NCBI GenBank assembly: GCA_030141605.1
Contig: JAQGDQ010001648.1
Span: 1 to 30,901 of the forward strand
From: Tubiluchus corallicola
Taxonomy: Eukaryota; Animalia; Priapulida
Reading direction: 5' to 3'
DNA: 30,901 nt
In this document: positions 1-12,555 of the stretch, piece after piece
Layout: every line of letters starts with the position of its first letter
How positions within the stretch are numbered: the stretch's first letter is position 1
The notes under the pieces: generated by a model
Told to the model about the DNA's origin: nothing
Databases searched by the model: none
What the model saw: the letters and a program-made list of their open reading frames with translations, nothing else
Program-made: the position numbers and the translations under genes

Positions 1-427
1 CGATTTTTCGTAACGTTTTTCCTTATAAAATCGTCGTATATAAGGTACTCGGATATAAGGGACTTTCGGTTATAAGGGACAATATCTTCAGGTCCCGCGT
101 AATAGAAACCCAGGTAAATTACCTCACATATAAGGGACCCTATGATCAAAGCGAAATTGATCTATTTTTAACCTCAATTTTTCGCAAACTCGGCCTTCGA
201 ACAGCTCGGTTTCCACGGTCACATACATCTCGCATCACTGAAGGAGCTTCCTACATACCGTTTGTACTGAATGTGTAGCAATAATCCATAAAAATACGGG
301 TAAAAGTACAGAAAAGTACAGGTCTAGATACACCCTCGGTCTGACTCAACTTCGGCTATAAGGGACATCGGATATAAGGGACAATTTTTTCCGGTCCCGA
401 GGCGTCCCTTATATCCGAGGTTGACTG
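1..427. mobile_element. pogo/Tigger-type MITE, cut by window start
   Basis: Ends TCCCTTATATCCGAGGTTGACTG followed by TA (428-429); repeated TATAAGGGAC subterminal motifs; reverse complement of 4769-5193. Confidence 0.8.
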
Positions 428-569
428 TAATACGAATCTAGCGCGTAGATGCTAGCTGACATTTATCACATGAATCAGTTGTAAAGGCTGCAGGACAGAG
501 GAGACTATTGAGGACCCTATTCACAGTAACTCAGTATAGTTTTGTCTTCGTTGCACTGACGACCTGGGA

Positions 570-681
570 GGTTCAGGTTTAGCTTAAACATGATTTACTA
601 TAGGACTGAATCAAGTCTTGAACAACATGATCCTCACCACAGCAGTTTACTACTACTACTACTCTCTCTCTCTCTCTCCCC

Positions 682-745
<64 letters not shown>

Positions 746-789
746 GCTCCCTCCTCTCTCTCTCTCTCTCTTCTTCCTTTCTCTCCTCT

Positions 790-876
<87 letters not shown>

Positions 877-1838
877 CCTCTCTCCCTTCTTCTCCCTCCC
901 TCTCTCTCCTCCTCTCTCTCCTCTCTCTTTCTCCTCTCCTCTCTCTCCCTCCTCTCTCCTCTTCCTCTCTCTCCTTCCTTCTCTCTTCCTCTTCTCTCTC
1001 TCACAGTTTAAACATAATTTATTATAGGATTGGATCAGACAGTTTGAACAACATGATCCTCACCACAGCAGTTTACTACTACTACTCTCTCTCACAGTTT
1101 AAACATAATTTATTATAGGATTGGATCAGACAGTTTGAACAACATGATTTAGGATCCTCACCACAACAGACTTTATGCACTATTTACAAAAACATTTACA
1201 GTAAGAATTTACTATAACTACACAAGCTGACAAGTTTTACTACAAGATTACATTAGACATTAGTAGAAAATGACGGTTAGAAAATATTAATGTACGAATG
1301 TTAATGTATAGTCTTTAGAGAAAAGGTCATAGTTTAGCTGAGAAAATCCGATTCTCATACGCGTATGATGCACTGAAATTGGAGGTTTACCAAATGAAAA
1401 ATGTTTCTTATGCAACGAAAAACTTAATTGAGATTTGAGCTCTTGTTTGAAGTGTGAAATGGACGTAATTTCACGAATGTTCTGTAGTAAGTTGTTCCAC
1501 ATGTTAATGGTCGATATGAAAAACGATTTTTCACAGCTAACAGAACGGCAATTAAAATTTCTGTATTTAGTACCACTGCGTATATAATAGGGGGTAACTT
1601 CGTTAACCTTTGGCGGCAGAAATGCACTTAAATAGTGGGGCGCTAAGTCCTTGATTATTTTGAAAAAAAGACATAGGCGATGATAATGGAAGCGTGTCAC
1701 TAATTTAGTGAAGCCGCTATCAGACAAGATACTTGCAGGGGAAGATCGAAACATAGCGCCAGAACAGATTCTAGCAACAGTTAGCTGAATATTTTCCATG
1801 AAACGTATACCGTTTTCACTGCATCCTGACCACACCAT
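570..1838 (-). mobile_element. CR1-group LINE, 5'-truncated (ORF2 C-terminal part plus 3' UTR with triplicated terminus)
   Basis: ORF 1287-1838 has the post-RT pattern VWxGC...ENIQ..VARICSG...HRLCLFFKII..LAPHYL...SFFISTINMWNNL...HTRMRIGFSQLN; minus-strand terminus AATAAATTATGTTTAAAC and a TAAACC-like tail at 570-582. Confidence 0.85.
663..1002. repeat. (CT)n microsatellite
   Basis: Directly visible, imperfect. Confidence 0.98.
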
Positions 1839-2967
1839 GGCCCAGGTTTTGTGAATGGAATGCCCGGAAGAAGCATTGCTAAGAAGACTAAATATTGTTA
1901 ATCAAAATTCCATCAGTAATGGAGCTTTTATAGTCATTATAGTCATTGCCGCGCGTTAAAACCGGATATTACATTGTAAACAGAGTAAAGAGTTAATTTG
2001 CAAAAAATCAACGCTAATTTCAGCAAAAAGCTAGAAAACACTGCCGATTTAAACAACTTTGAGGTTCTAAATACACGCATGATTTCCCCAGGGCTGCTTC
2101 TTCAGGAATTTCCACTTCTAAATTTCTCAACAAGCCCTAAAATAGGAATTCACTTTACGTTTTAAACGGATAACGTGGGCAGCATAATTCCTCCTCGTGC
2201 AACGTGTTTTATTTAACTCCATGGAAATGATTTCCGCTCGGTCCCGTCGTGCAGAAGGCGATAATTACTGGTCACAGTGCGTGGTTGGCTGTGAAGTTTA
2301 GCAACGCCAAATTAAGCTAGTAAATAGATGCGTGACCACAGGAGAAATTGATTTACACAGGAGAAACTTTAACTAGAATGCTGCCTCAACTATTTAATAC
2401 GAAACTACGAATTTTAAAAAGGCTAAAACACTCTGTCGGTTCAATATCTGATCACAGAAGATTATTCTTAAATGGGGAAAGGTTCCGGTGCCGCCATAAT
2501 CATCAACGTTAAGTAGATCTTAAGAGTAACAGTTACATTTTTACTGACAAATTGTTTTTCTGCGTCACGGGATCACATATTGTTGATCACGTGTTCACTG
2601 ACGTAAACAAATTTTAGGTGACCATGTAAATGCAATGAAAGAAAATTTGTTCTACTTGTGCCTGTTTGCCTGTATAAAGTTGTATAACATTTTCCCTGTA
2701 TTACCACTATAAGGAAAATGTGTTGAACATACTTTTCGTGTGAACGCAAAATTGTTCATACAATAGCAGCATGTACTTTGTAAAAAGCGTCTTTCATTTT
2801 ATTGCATATGCGAACATTTTTGGTTAAGTAACTACTTACCCAATGTGAACACACCTCCTATGTGAAAATAGCTTTATTGGCTTACTATGTGAACAGATCT
2901 TATGTCCGAAAGCAACCTTATCTTTGGTTACTTCAAAATACATTGAAGTAACATACACAAAGTACAT

Positions 2968-3647
2968 GATTAGATTTAGATTTAGATCTTAATAGATTTA
3001 TTTCGCAATAAACATATACATATACATTACATTACATGTGCACGATAATCAGTTTTTGTTAATGCAAAATTATGATACAATTCATGAATTCTGCGCTAGA
3101 GACCTAAGAATCTAGCTTATGCTAGGCCACTAGAATTAGTTACGAAAAAAATTACAATATATACAGATACAATATTACAATATATACAAATATAAATACA
3201 GGTGGGAAGTAATAAAAATATTATTATACTAGAGGGGAAGTTTTTGAAAATGCAAAACAACGAATCATGATTGAGTGATCAGTTATACGTTTCAAGTAAG
3301 TTTAATTTATAATTTTTTTAAATATGGACAGCGAGTTGGCATTTTTAATAGCTGGAGCAATTGAATTCCATATGTAAGGGCCATTGTATTTAATAGAAAA
3401 TTTTCTAACATTAGTGTTGCACTGTATGTAGTGATAGTTAAGCCTATAACGTGTGCCGTAATTATGAATCTCAGCATTCAAACAAAAATAATCAGTAAAT
3501 AAGGGAGGCAATAATTTATGAGAGAATTTGTACATGAAAATGGCAGTTTGGAACTTATTAATGTCATAAAGTTAAGCTTTTTTCTAAGTAATACAACTTT
3601 GCGATGGATATTTTGTTGCAACATGATTATAGTTTTAATCCTTTTTA
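2968..3647 (-). mobile_element. L2/Crack-like LINE 3' fragment
   Basis: YDINKFQTAIFMYKF..LLPPLF..YF.LN..IHNYGTR...RKFSIKYNGPYIWNSI...IK...SLSIFKK; minus-strand end AATAAATCT followed by (AAATCT)n tail at 2968-3002. Confidence 0.85.
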
Positions 3648-3950
3648 ATAGCAAATTGTTGGAAGCTGAGAGCGCACTGGGAGATCACATGCAGTGGTTA
3701 CAAATATTTCCACAAAAACCGTAATGGATTCAAAGTTGAGTGAAAATAAATCGAGGCTACTCCAAACAGCGTGTTTCTGTAAAATTAAACATTTACCAGG
3801 CGTTTGATAAACGATTTGCATGCAAAGCATTAATTGTACACACAGCTGTGTTGCACCTATCAGAGCTGTAGGCCTATTCGTTAAGAGTTCAGGAAATGGT
3901 TTGAAGCTCCGTAAGTGAAGGTCACTGCGGCCGACAGCTGTTCATGTGAT

Positions 3951-4526
<576 letters not shown>

Positions 4527-4529
<3 letters not shown>

Positions 4530-4768
4530 TAGTAGTAGTAAACTGTTGTGGTGAGGATCATGTTGTTCAAACTGTCTGATCCAGTCCTATAGTAAATCAT
4601 GTTTAAACTAAACCTGAACCTCCCAGATACGTCAGTGCAACGAAGACAAAACTATACTGAGTTACTGTGAATAAGGTCCTCAATAGTCTCCTCTGTCCCT
4701 GCAGCTTCTTCCCCTACAACTGATTCATGTGATAAATGTCAACTAGCATCTACGCTAGATTCGTATTA
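4527..4768 (+). repeat. Inverted copy of 428-662 (LINE terminus plus unique flank)
   Basis: Reverse complement aligns through GTAGTAAACTG.TGTGGTGAGGATCATGTTGTTCAA ... CAGTGCAACGAAGACAAAACTATACTGAGTTACTGTGAATA. Confidence 0.92.
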
Positions 4769-5249
4769 CAGTCAACCGCGGATATAAGAGACACATCCGA
4801 ACCGGAAAAAACATCCCTTATATCAGACGTCCCCTATAGCCGAAGTTGAGTCAGACCGAGGGTGTATCTAGATCTGTACTTTTCTGTACCTTTACCCATA
4901 TTTTTATGGATTATTGCTACACTTTCAGTGCAAACGGTATGTAGGAAGCTCCTTCAGTGATGCGAGATGTATGTGACCGCGGAAACCGAGCTGTTCGAAG
5001 GCAGAGTTTGAGAAAAATTGAGGTTAAAAATCAATCAATTTCACTTTAATCATAAGGTCCCTTATATGCGAGGTAATTTATCTGGGTTTCTATTACGCGG
5101 GACCTGAAGATATCGTCCCTTATAATAAAAAGTCCCTTATATCCAAGTACCTTATATGTGAAGATTTTTACATAGAACAGAGTTACGAAAAATCGGGACC
5201 GGTGTTGGTGGTCCCTTATAAGCGAGTACCTTATACCCGAGGTTGACAG
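4769..5249. mobile_element. pogo/Tigger-type MITE, full length (~480 bp)
   Basis: TA|CAGTCAACCGCGGATATAAG ... CTTATACCCGAGGTTGACAG|TG: imperfect 20-bp TIRs, degenerate TA TSD, no ORF. Confidence 0.82.
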
Positions 5250-5305
5250 TGGCTCAGTGGGTAAGGCAACCGCTTGACGTTCACTGGATCGTGGTTCAAC
5301 GCTGT
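5249..5305 (+). mobile_element. tRNA-derived SINE head fragment
   Basis: A-box TGGCTCAGTGG and B-box-like GGTTCAACGC at tRNA spacing; no complete cloverleaf. Confidence 0.5.
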
Positions 5306-5320
5306 GACTCTGTCATAACA

Positions 5321-5760
5321 AATACTTTAAAAACCTGCATTTATTTATACCATTAATCGTACTTGTTTGTGGTACAATAAATACAAAGAAAAACAACAAA
5401 TTTTAAGAATTATAATAAATTAGTTCAAGCTACTGAAGGCATCACAAACTAACATAATTTTCAACAGCACAAGCATTCCATGACCGTGTTGCACGTGTTT
5501 GCGAAAGCTGTACAACATTCAATGTGACAGACAAAAATTCGGTATATTTTAAGTTTAAAATTCAAATTTCAACTTTAACGTTGTGCTCACGCATGAGCTC
5601 TTAAACGTGTGCACTACGCCACAACTGAACAACTTTGAACTGAGCGGTACAGCACCTGCTTTTTGTGCACAACGTTTTCGAGATTCAGGTGTTAAAACCC
5701 GTCTAATTAGCGAATGGCGAAATACGCGTAACAGTGAAGAACTAGCCGCGCGCATGCGCA
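5321..5760 (+). mobile_element. Kolobok-like MITE family A, internal fragment
   Basis: Colinear with 6977-7440 (CATCACAAACTAACATAATTTTCAACAGCAC ... GTAACAG.GAAGAACTAG). Confidence 0.75.
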
Positions 5761-6238
5761 AGAAACGTTTCTGTGAGATTAATCTGAGGAGCATCACATG
5801 TGATTTCATATGTGAGAGCACTCGAAATGCAGTGCATCCCTTTCCGCGTGACTCGAACCTAAAGCTGTGTTCACACACGTCAACCACAAACATTCATTTG
5901 CAATTCAGTCGAGGGAATTTTATCAGGTCCTGATTTCCGGGATATTGGAAGGGATGAAGTAATTCGCATCCTCTACCGATGTGGATAATTATCTCCGTCT
6001 TCAACGCGTTTGTTCACTTCGAGAGCTTCTCATTCGCGCGATTCAAAATGGCCTCTGCTAATCAAAGGGACATTGTTAAGCAATAGAAAGTGTCCAGTTG
6101 ATCGGTGTGACATGCAATACATTAATCTAATTTTTCCCGTAAATCTTCCGGAAATCGAGGATTGGTTTCTTCCACGAATTCGAGATTTGAGTGTCAATAA
6201 CTAAATTGACTGAGCTCGATAGTGTTGCGCAAAATTAA

Positions 6239-6260
6239 AGGAAGACAGGATGATTTTTCA

Positions 6261-6262
<2 letters not shown>
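6239..6262 (+). mobile_element. Solo Kolobok-like terminus (family A left end)
   Basis: TTAA|AGGAAGACAGGATGATTTTTCATA; reverse complement of 11563-11586. Confidence 0.7.
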
Positions 6263-6783
<521 letters not shown>

Positions 6784-6790
6784 TCCTTAA

Positions 6791-7565
6791 AGGAAGACAC
6801 AATGATTGTTTATATATTACCCCACTTTCAAGTCTGATAAAAAGTAAGCATTTAAACACAATTAACACTGCAGAAACGTTTCTCTGATAATTAAATAATA
6901 GACTAAAAACTTAATTAACGGTGAACGAGCCCAACTATTGATGACATCACAAACTAACAATTTTCAACAGCAAAAATATACTTTAAAAACTGTATCTGTA
7001 TTTATTTATACCATTTAATCGTTTGTGGTACAATAAATACACAAGGAAAAACAACAAATTTTATAATAAATTAGTTCAAGCTATTGATGGCATCACAAAC
7101 TAACATAATTTTCAACAGCACAAACATTCCATGACCGTGCTGCACGTGTTTGCGAAAGCGAAAATTGAAGTACAGTACTACTGTATGATATTCTGTGTGT
7201 TGTACTAAAACTAGGCAAGTTTAAAGATAAAAATTCAAATTTGAAATTTATCGGTGTAGTCACGCATGAGCTACTGAACGTGTGCACTGTGCAATTCGTC
7301 ACAAACGAACACATCTGAACTGAGAAGCGCAGCACCTATTTTTTGTGCAATGCGTTTCCGAAATGCAGGCGCTAGTGCCCGTCTAACTAGCTAATGGCGA
7401 AATGCATGTAACAGCGAAGAACTAGTGGCGCGAACGCAAAATTGTATTTGTGTGGTAATAATTCTTTCACGTAAGTAATTTTTGAAAAAAATAGTGTTTC
7501 CTTTCAATATTTTAAAGAGTAGATTGTTTTGATCTACAGTTTAAGATTGGATGCGGTTTTTTGCT
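6791..7565 (+). mobile_element. Kolobok-like MITE family A, full length
   Basis: TTAA|AGGAAGACAC ... GCGGTTTTTTGCT|TTAA; RR..YY ends with TTAA flanks are Kolobok hallmarks; four other copies in the window. Strand is nominal. Confidence 0.75.
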
Positions 7566-7850
7566 TTAACGCGCTAGTAGCTGATAGAGCGGCAATTCTC
7601 AAACGGCCGACGGGGGGCGGGCACTTGACTCCCCGGTGAGGAATTTCCAATTTGAACAAAACAACAATGTATAAAATAGATTTGTTGGTAAATTTTATAT
7701 GTATATATATTTCAGTTTACGTAGTTTACCAAAAATTTATACTAAACTTGTAAACTGATACAAATACTATTTCTACTATTTATTGATGTTTCATCTACAG
7801 TCCAAACTATAGGTTTGCCTGCTGTTTCATGGACTGTAAAGTGTGCAAAA

Positions 7851-8135
7851 TGTTAGTTTCTGACGTCATATGACGTAAAACCCATTTTCGTGACATCACG
7901 CGTTTAAGCAGTGACACTTACGCAAACGTGATTGACGCGCAAGGGAAGGTGCCTGCCATTGCACAAACTGTGGTTAGTTTATGACGTAAGCAATAGTTTT
8001 GTTTGGTTAACGTTAATTAACTATCTAAGCTAATTATTCAAATATAAGGAACAATTGTCAACTTTTGTCGCCAAGAAAATGTATATTTTGGACAGTAAAT
8101 TAAAATGAGAGTCTAAACAATCGTCCGGTTTTCTT
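7851..8135 (+). mobile_element. Kolobok-like MITE family B, right half
   Basis: Matches 26746-27034; ends GAGTCTAAACAATCGTCCGGTTTTCTT|TTAA. Confidence 0.8.
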
Positions 8136-9120
8136 TTAAATAAACTAGTCTTGGTTGCTTCTGTTTGTCAATAAAAGTGTTTTTTTAAAAATAACACTAT
8201 TTTACCATTTATTGCAAACCAAATTAGCATATATTTTTTAACCAAATGTTACCAAAGCTTGAGCAGCCCAGGGCTGTAGCCTACACTAGGGCTGTAGCCT
8301 ATGGGCTGTAGCCTATTTCTAGATTTAAAAAAATGCTAAAAAATCAAATTTTAAGTAAGTGTCAGTGAGTAATCAAAATTTCTATCAGTATCCATCCTCA
8401 CAGTAGTTGCAAAACAGTGGTGTTAGCTTAATCAAGTTATTTTAACTTTACATACTATTAACAAATAATAGTCTTTCTATCTTCTATATCATCCCATATA
8501 TGAGCTTCATTCATTACATCATTCAATTTTAAGCACTAATGTTTTTTATCACTATTCACTTTAAATTTTCAGATTATTTCCATTACTTTTTTTCTTTCAC
8601 TGTGTGGGAGAATCTAACAAGCCCTGCTTTTTGATTGCCCGCAACACATTTACCTTCGTGTATAAGTGAACAGTGTTTGAGGCTTTTCCTGTGCAGTATT
8701 TCTTATTTGTATTATATTCATTGTAGGCCCTTTCACTAGATATTGTACATGAAACTATTGTAAATGTGTATGGTGAAATAAACGATTTATGACACTGCCC
8801 TATAGGGTAATCCGGCCCAGCATGTGCCCAATGCATAATTTGCGCTGCTGATAAGCCCAGCAAATTGTGTATTTTCAAAAACACGTGCGCCTGCTCGTCC
8901 AAACATCGAAAGGAGCAAAAATCTAGCGTTCAAAAAAATAAACACCGAATCCACTGAGCCACTACCCTGATGCGTGGCTGATGAAAAGTTCACAATAATT
9001 TAAAACAAAGTAAAATAAACAACTGCTAGTTAATTGGGTAAACAAAAACAGAACAGGATCAAGTCTTACGTAACCGATACGTTTGACACAAAAATGAACT
9101 ATGTAAATCGCAAACTGTCG

Positions 9121-10065
9121 ACAGCTTATAAAGTTCATTAGCTCTACAGGGTGGGTGTAAAAGTTAGACCTGTTATGCGACAAGCATTGACAGCTTATGA
9201 AGTTTATTAGCTCTACAGGGTGGGCGTAAAAGTTAGACCTGTTATGCGACAAGCATTGACAGCTTATAAAGTTTATTAGCTCTACAGGGTGGGGGTAAAA
9301 ATCACACCTGTAATACGACAATCATGGGTAGCTTATACAGTTTATTAGCTCTACAGGGTGGTCGTAAAAATTAGACCTGTTGTGCGACAAGCATTGACAG
9401 CTTATGAAGTTTATTAGCTCTACAGGGTGGGCGGAAAAGTTAGACCTGTAATACGACAATCATGGGTAGCTTATAAAGTTTATTAACTCTACAGGGTGGT
9501 CGTAAAAGTTAGACCTGTCGTGCGACAAGCATTGACAGCTTATGAAGTTTATTAGCTCTACAGGGTGGGCGTAAAAGTTAGACCTGTTATGCTACAAGCA
9601 TTGACAGCTTATATGGTGTATATTAGTTCTACATGGTGGGCGTAAAAATTAGACCTGTAATACGACAATCATGGGTAGCTTATACAGTTTATTAGCTCTA
9701 CAGGGTGGTCGTAAAAATTAGACCTGTCGTGCGACAAGCATTGACAGCTTATAAAGTTCATTAGCTCTACAGGGTGGGCGTAAAAATTAGACCTATCGTG
9801 CGAAAAGCATTGACAGCTTATAAAGCTCATTAGCTCTACAAGGTGGGCATAAAAATTTGACCTGTTGTGCGACAAGCAATGGCAGCTTATAGTAGCGGCG
9901 CAAAAGTTACTGTGGGCGTAAAAGTTAAACCTGTTATGCGATAATCATGGGTAACTTATGAAAATCATTAATTCTACAGGGTGGACGTAAAATTAGATCT
10001 TTTATGCAACAAGCATGGGCAGCTTATAAAGTTTATTATCTATATCTACGTATGGGATGGGCGAA
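9121..10065. repeat. 69-bp tandem satellite, about 13-14 units
   Basis: ACAGCTTATAAAGTTYATTAGCTCTACAGGGTGGGCGTAAAAGTTAGACCTGTTATGCGACAAGCATTG starting at 9121, 9190, 9259 and onward; right end degenerate. Confidence 0.97.
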
Positions 10066-10205
10066 AAATAAGTGTAAAATATGTGACGTGCGCCTAACAA
10101 ACCATTTTGCCTCAATATTTTATGGGCCTTCCTTTTTAAAACTACATTTTCATCCCTCCATAACTGAGGCTGCCTCGTTATAAGTAAAAATAGGGTTTAC
10201 CTTAA

Positions 10206-10748
10206 AGGAAGACCTGACGACTGTTGAAACTCAATCTCGTTTTAATTTACTGTCCGAAATATACGTTTTCTTGCCTATAAAGTATAAAAGTTGGCAATTG
10301 TTTCTTATATTTGAATAATTAGCTTAGAAAGTTAATTAACAGTAACCGAACACAGCTATTGCTTACGTCAGAAACTAACCACAGTTTGTGCAATGGCAGG
10401 CATCTTCCCTTGCGCATCAAGCACATTTGCATAAGTGTTACAGTACTGTTTAAACGCACGATGTCACGAAAAATGGGCTTTACATCATATAACGTCAGAA
10501 ACTAACACTGCAGTTCATGACCATGCTTATCACATTACCACCTTCTATTTGTCGGCCATGCTCACGTAACAAAAAGACGCCGCTGCCAACCTTAGTAGAT
10601 TCACTGAGCCGCGCGTAGCTTTGAAAGTTTAACGAAATTTGAGTATCCGGGGTAATTATTATTTAATCCAAGCTGATTTGATATAAAAAAAGCTATTGTA
10701 GTTTTCAATTTTTACAGCATTCTTTATTCTGAACTAAAGTTTACACAA
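10206..10748 (-). mobile_element. Kolobok-like MITE family B, nearly full length
   Basis: TTAA|AGGAAGACCTGACGACTGTT start; reverse complement of about 26506-27034; the inner TIR is lost after GTTTACACAAT. Confidence 0.82.
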
Positions 10749-11005
10749 TGACTTTTTTGCAAAAAAATAAAAATGTAACAAATTGTAACGTTCTACAACT
10801 TGACTCGACATAAATGATAGCAACTTCACAGTACAAAATTGAGGACACTTTTAAGTGGTATCGCAGTTAATTATAAGCCAACTTTACACTAAACTTGTAA
10901 ACTGACACAAATATTATTTAGCGCACATCGTTATATAATTAGAAACACACATAACGTTAACTTGCTGGTGTAAAAAAATTCTACTGTATATTATTTATTA
11001 TATTT

Positions 11006-11169
11006 CAGGGGATAGCGCGAACGCAGTCCCCCACTACCAGAAATTATACACCCGAGTTCCCTCGATTTGAGAGAATCGCAGGGGTCAACCCAACCGAAGT
11101 GCAATGGAAAGGTCTCGCCCCGGAGGATCCACCTTCTTGATCATGGAAACCTCTGTGCCAGGTAAGTAT
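11006..11169 (-). ncRNA. RNU1: U1 spliceosomal snRNA gene (164 nt), copy 1
   Basis: 5' ATACTTACCTGG; loop I GATCAAGAAG; loop II ATTGCACT; Sm site AATTTCTGG; stem-loop IV GGGGACTGCGTTCGCGCTATCCCCTG. Confidence 0.98.
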
Positions 11170-11191
11170 GCTGCGGAGCACAACGCCATGC

Positions 11192-11252
11192 TATATAAAG
11201 GAAAGCTGAACGTAACTGCTTGTGGTGGTTTAGGAATTTCGTGTACTATTTA
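11192..11252 (-). promoter_or_regulatory. U1 promoter: TATA box at -30..-23 and PSE-like block at -83..-52
   Basis: TTTATATA on the minus strand at 11192-11199; 32-nt block 11221-11252 identical to 28070-28101 at the same offset from U1 copy 2. Confidence 0.7.
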
Positions 11253-11379
11253 GTAATTGTTTGTGGTGTGTTAACGCTTCTGTTGCGACTCATGGTTAAC
11301 TGCCTGTAGTGTGTAAGTGTAAAGTGACGCTGTGCATAGTTACTTTAGATTTAAGACAAAGCGCTATTATAATTTAATA

Positions 11380-11586
11380 CACAACACACTGAATATCTTA
11401 CAGTAACACTGTACTTCAATTTTCGTTTTCGTAACATGCGCTACACGCTCGTGGAATATTTTTGCACGTTGAAAGTTATGCTAATTTGTGACGTCATCAA
11501 TAGTTGGGCAGTATTAATTGTTTGAAAATGCTTGCTTTTTCGGATTTGAAAATGTGGTAGTATATGAAAAATCATCCTGTCTTCCG
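11380..11586 (-). mobile_element. Kolobok-like MITE family A, left half
   Basis: Reverse complement of the left part of 6791-7205; ends AAAATCATCCTGTCTTCCG|CTAA. Confidence 0.75.
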
Positions 11587-11774
11587 CTAAGAAAATTGGA
11601 ATGCTTAATTACATCGTCCGCATTCGGTCCAGATAAAGCTTTTTTAAATGAACCTCTCACACGTTGTACGGTTTTCATTTTTCCTTTTGTTTGCAAAATC
11701 AGTATACATGACCACATTACACGCACGCTCCACCAGTTGCCAGTCAAATGCCGCTTTCAATTCAAAATTTTAAC

Positions 11775-12400
11775 TAGACCGTATTTATGACAAAGTCATA
11801 GACTTACGATTCTGCAATATGACCAAAATCGCAACTGCTTACAGTAAAAAAACCTTTGCTGACTTGATCTTTACCTCAAGATCATAATTTTGTTATTGCT
11901 GAATTCTCGGTGCTTGATTACCCACAAAATCCATTCAATTGTAAGCCATTTTAACACTTTCATCTGTCACGTGACCAGGCCACGCCCACTTTTCGAAAAA
12001 TTCTTAGTACACATCTACCATCGACCGCCTACCCACACATGTATAAATATTGACTCCTAGTCCAACACTGTACCAGGAGTTGAGCGACAAAGCCGTTTGC
12101 CCTAATTTTCACATTTTGGCTCCTAACTCGGGACTTTGCTAGACTCCAACGTCCAAAGAAATACTTAATGCACATCTACCCCCGAAGGAGCTAAGTACCT
12201 GTGAAAAAATTTTTGAATTTAACTCAAAGCTCTAGGAGGAGTCGTGCGAGAAAGGGAAAACAGACCGCTGTCCATTGTTTTTGACCCATTGACTCGAGGT
12301 GATTGGTCACCACGTCACTGCCTGTCCCCCACTCTCACGTGTCTACCCACCAGCTTTGATGACTGTAGGTACCATCGCTTTGGAGTTATTCACTCTCATA
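11775..12400 (+). mobile_element. Helentron/HINE-like non-autonomous element with diverged ~160-bp internal repeats
   Basis: Starts TTAACTAGAC; CACATCTACC ... AGGAGT.G.GCGA blocks at about 12010 and 12171, third degenerate block about 12316-12400. Family call is by resemblance only. Confidence 0.45.
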
Positions 12401-12555
12401 GCACCGAAATATTAATAATAAACGGTTCATTTCCAATAAGATTCTACTATAATAATAATAATAATAATAATAATAGTGATAATAATAATAATAATAGTTA
12501 ATAGTAATTATTACTTAACGACTTAATTAATAGATTATTCAAATATCTTCTTTAC

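Noticed and set aside
579-1027. Long ER/LS-rich ORFs, and the similar poly-Y/S/L/I/H ORFs at 3881-4600, 6194-6868, 14226-15111, 16234-16755, 18720-18973, 20194-20610, 24472-25005, 28529-28747
   Set aside because: They are translations of microsatellites that lack stop codons; no coding signal.
2079-2106. Minus-strand CTGAAGA...GAAA resembling a Penelope-type minimal hammerhead ribozyme
   Set aside because: Stem II closing pair is wrong (GGAAA rather than CGAAA) and no stem I or III or cleavage triplet could be built.
5249-5310. tRNA gene
   Set aside because: A and B boxes are present but there is no acceptor stem or convincing cloverleaf; kept only as a SINE-like head.
9121-10065. CRISPR array or repeat-protein ORFs (8962-9321, 9669-9875)
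   Set aside because: No unique spacers and a eukaryotic context; ORFs arise because 69 is a multiple of 3. The 74-bp array also lacks spacers.
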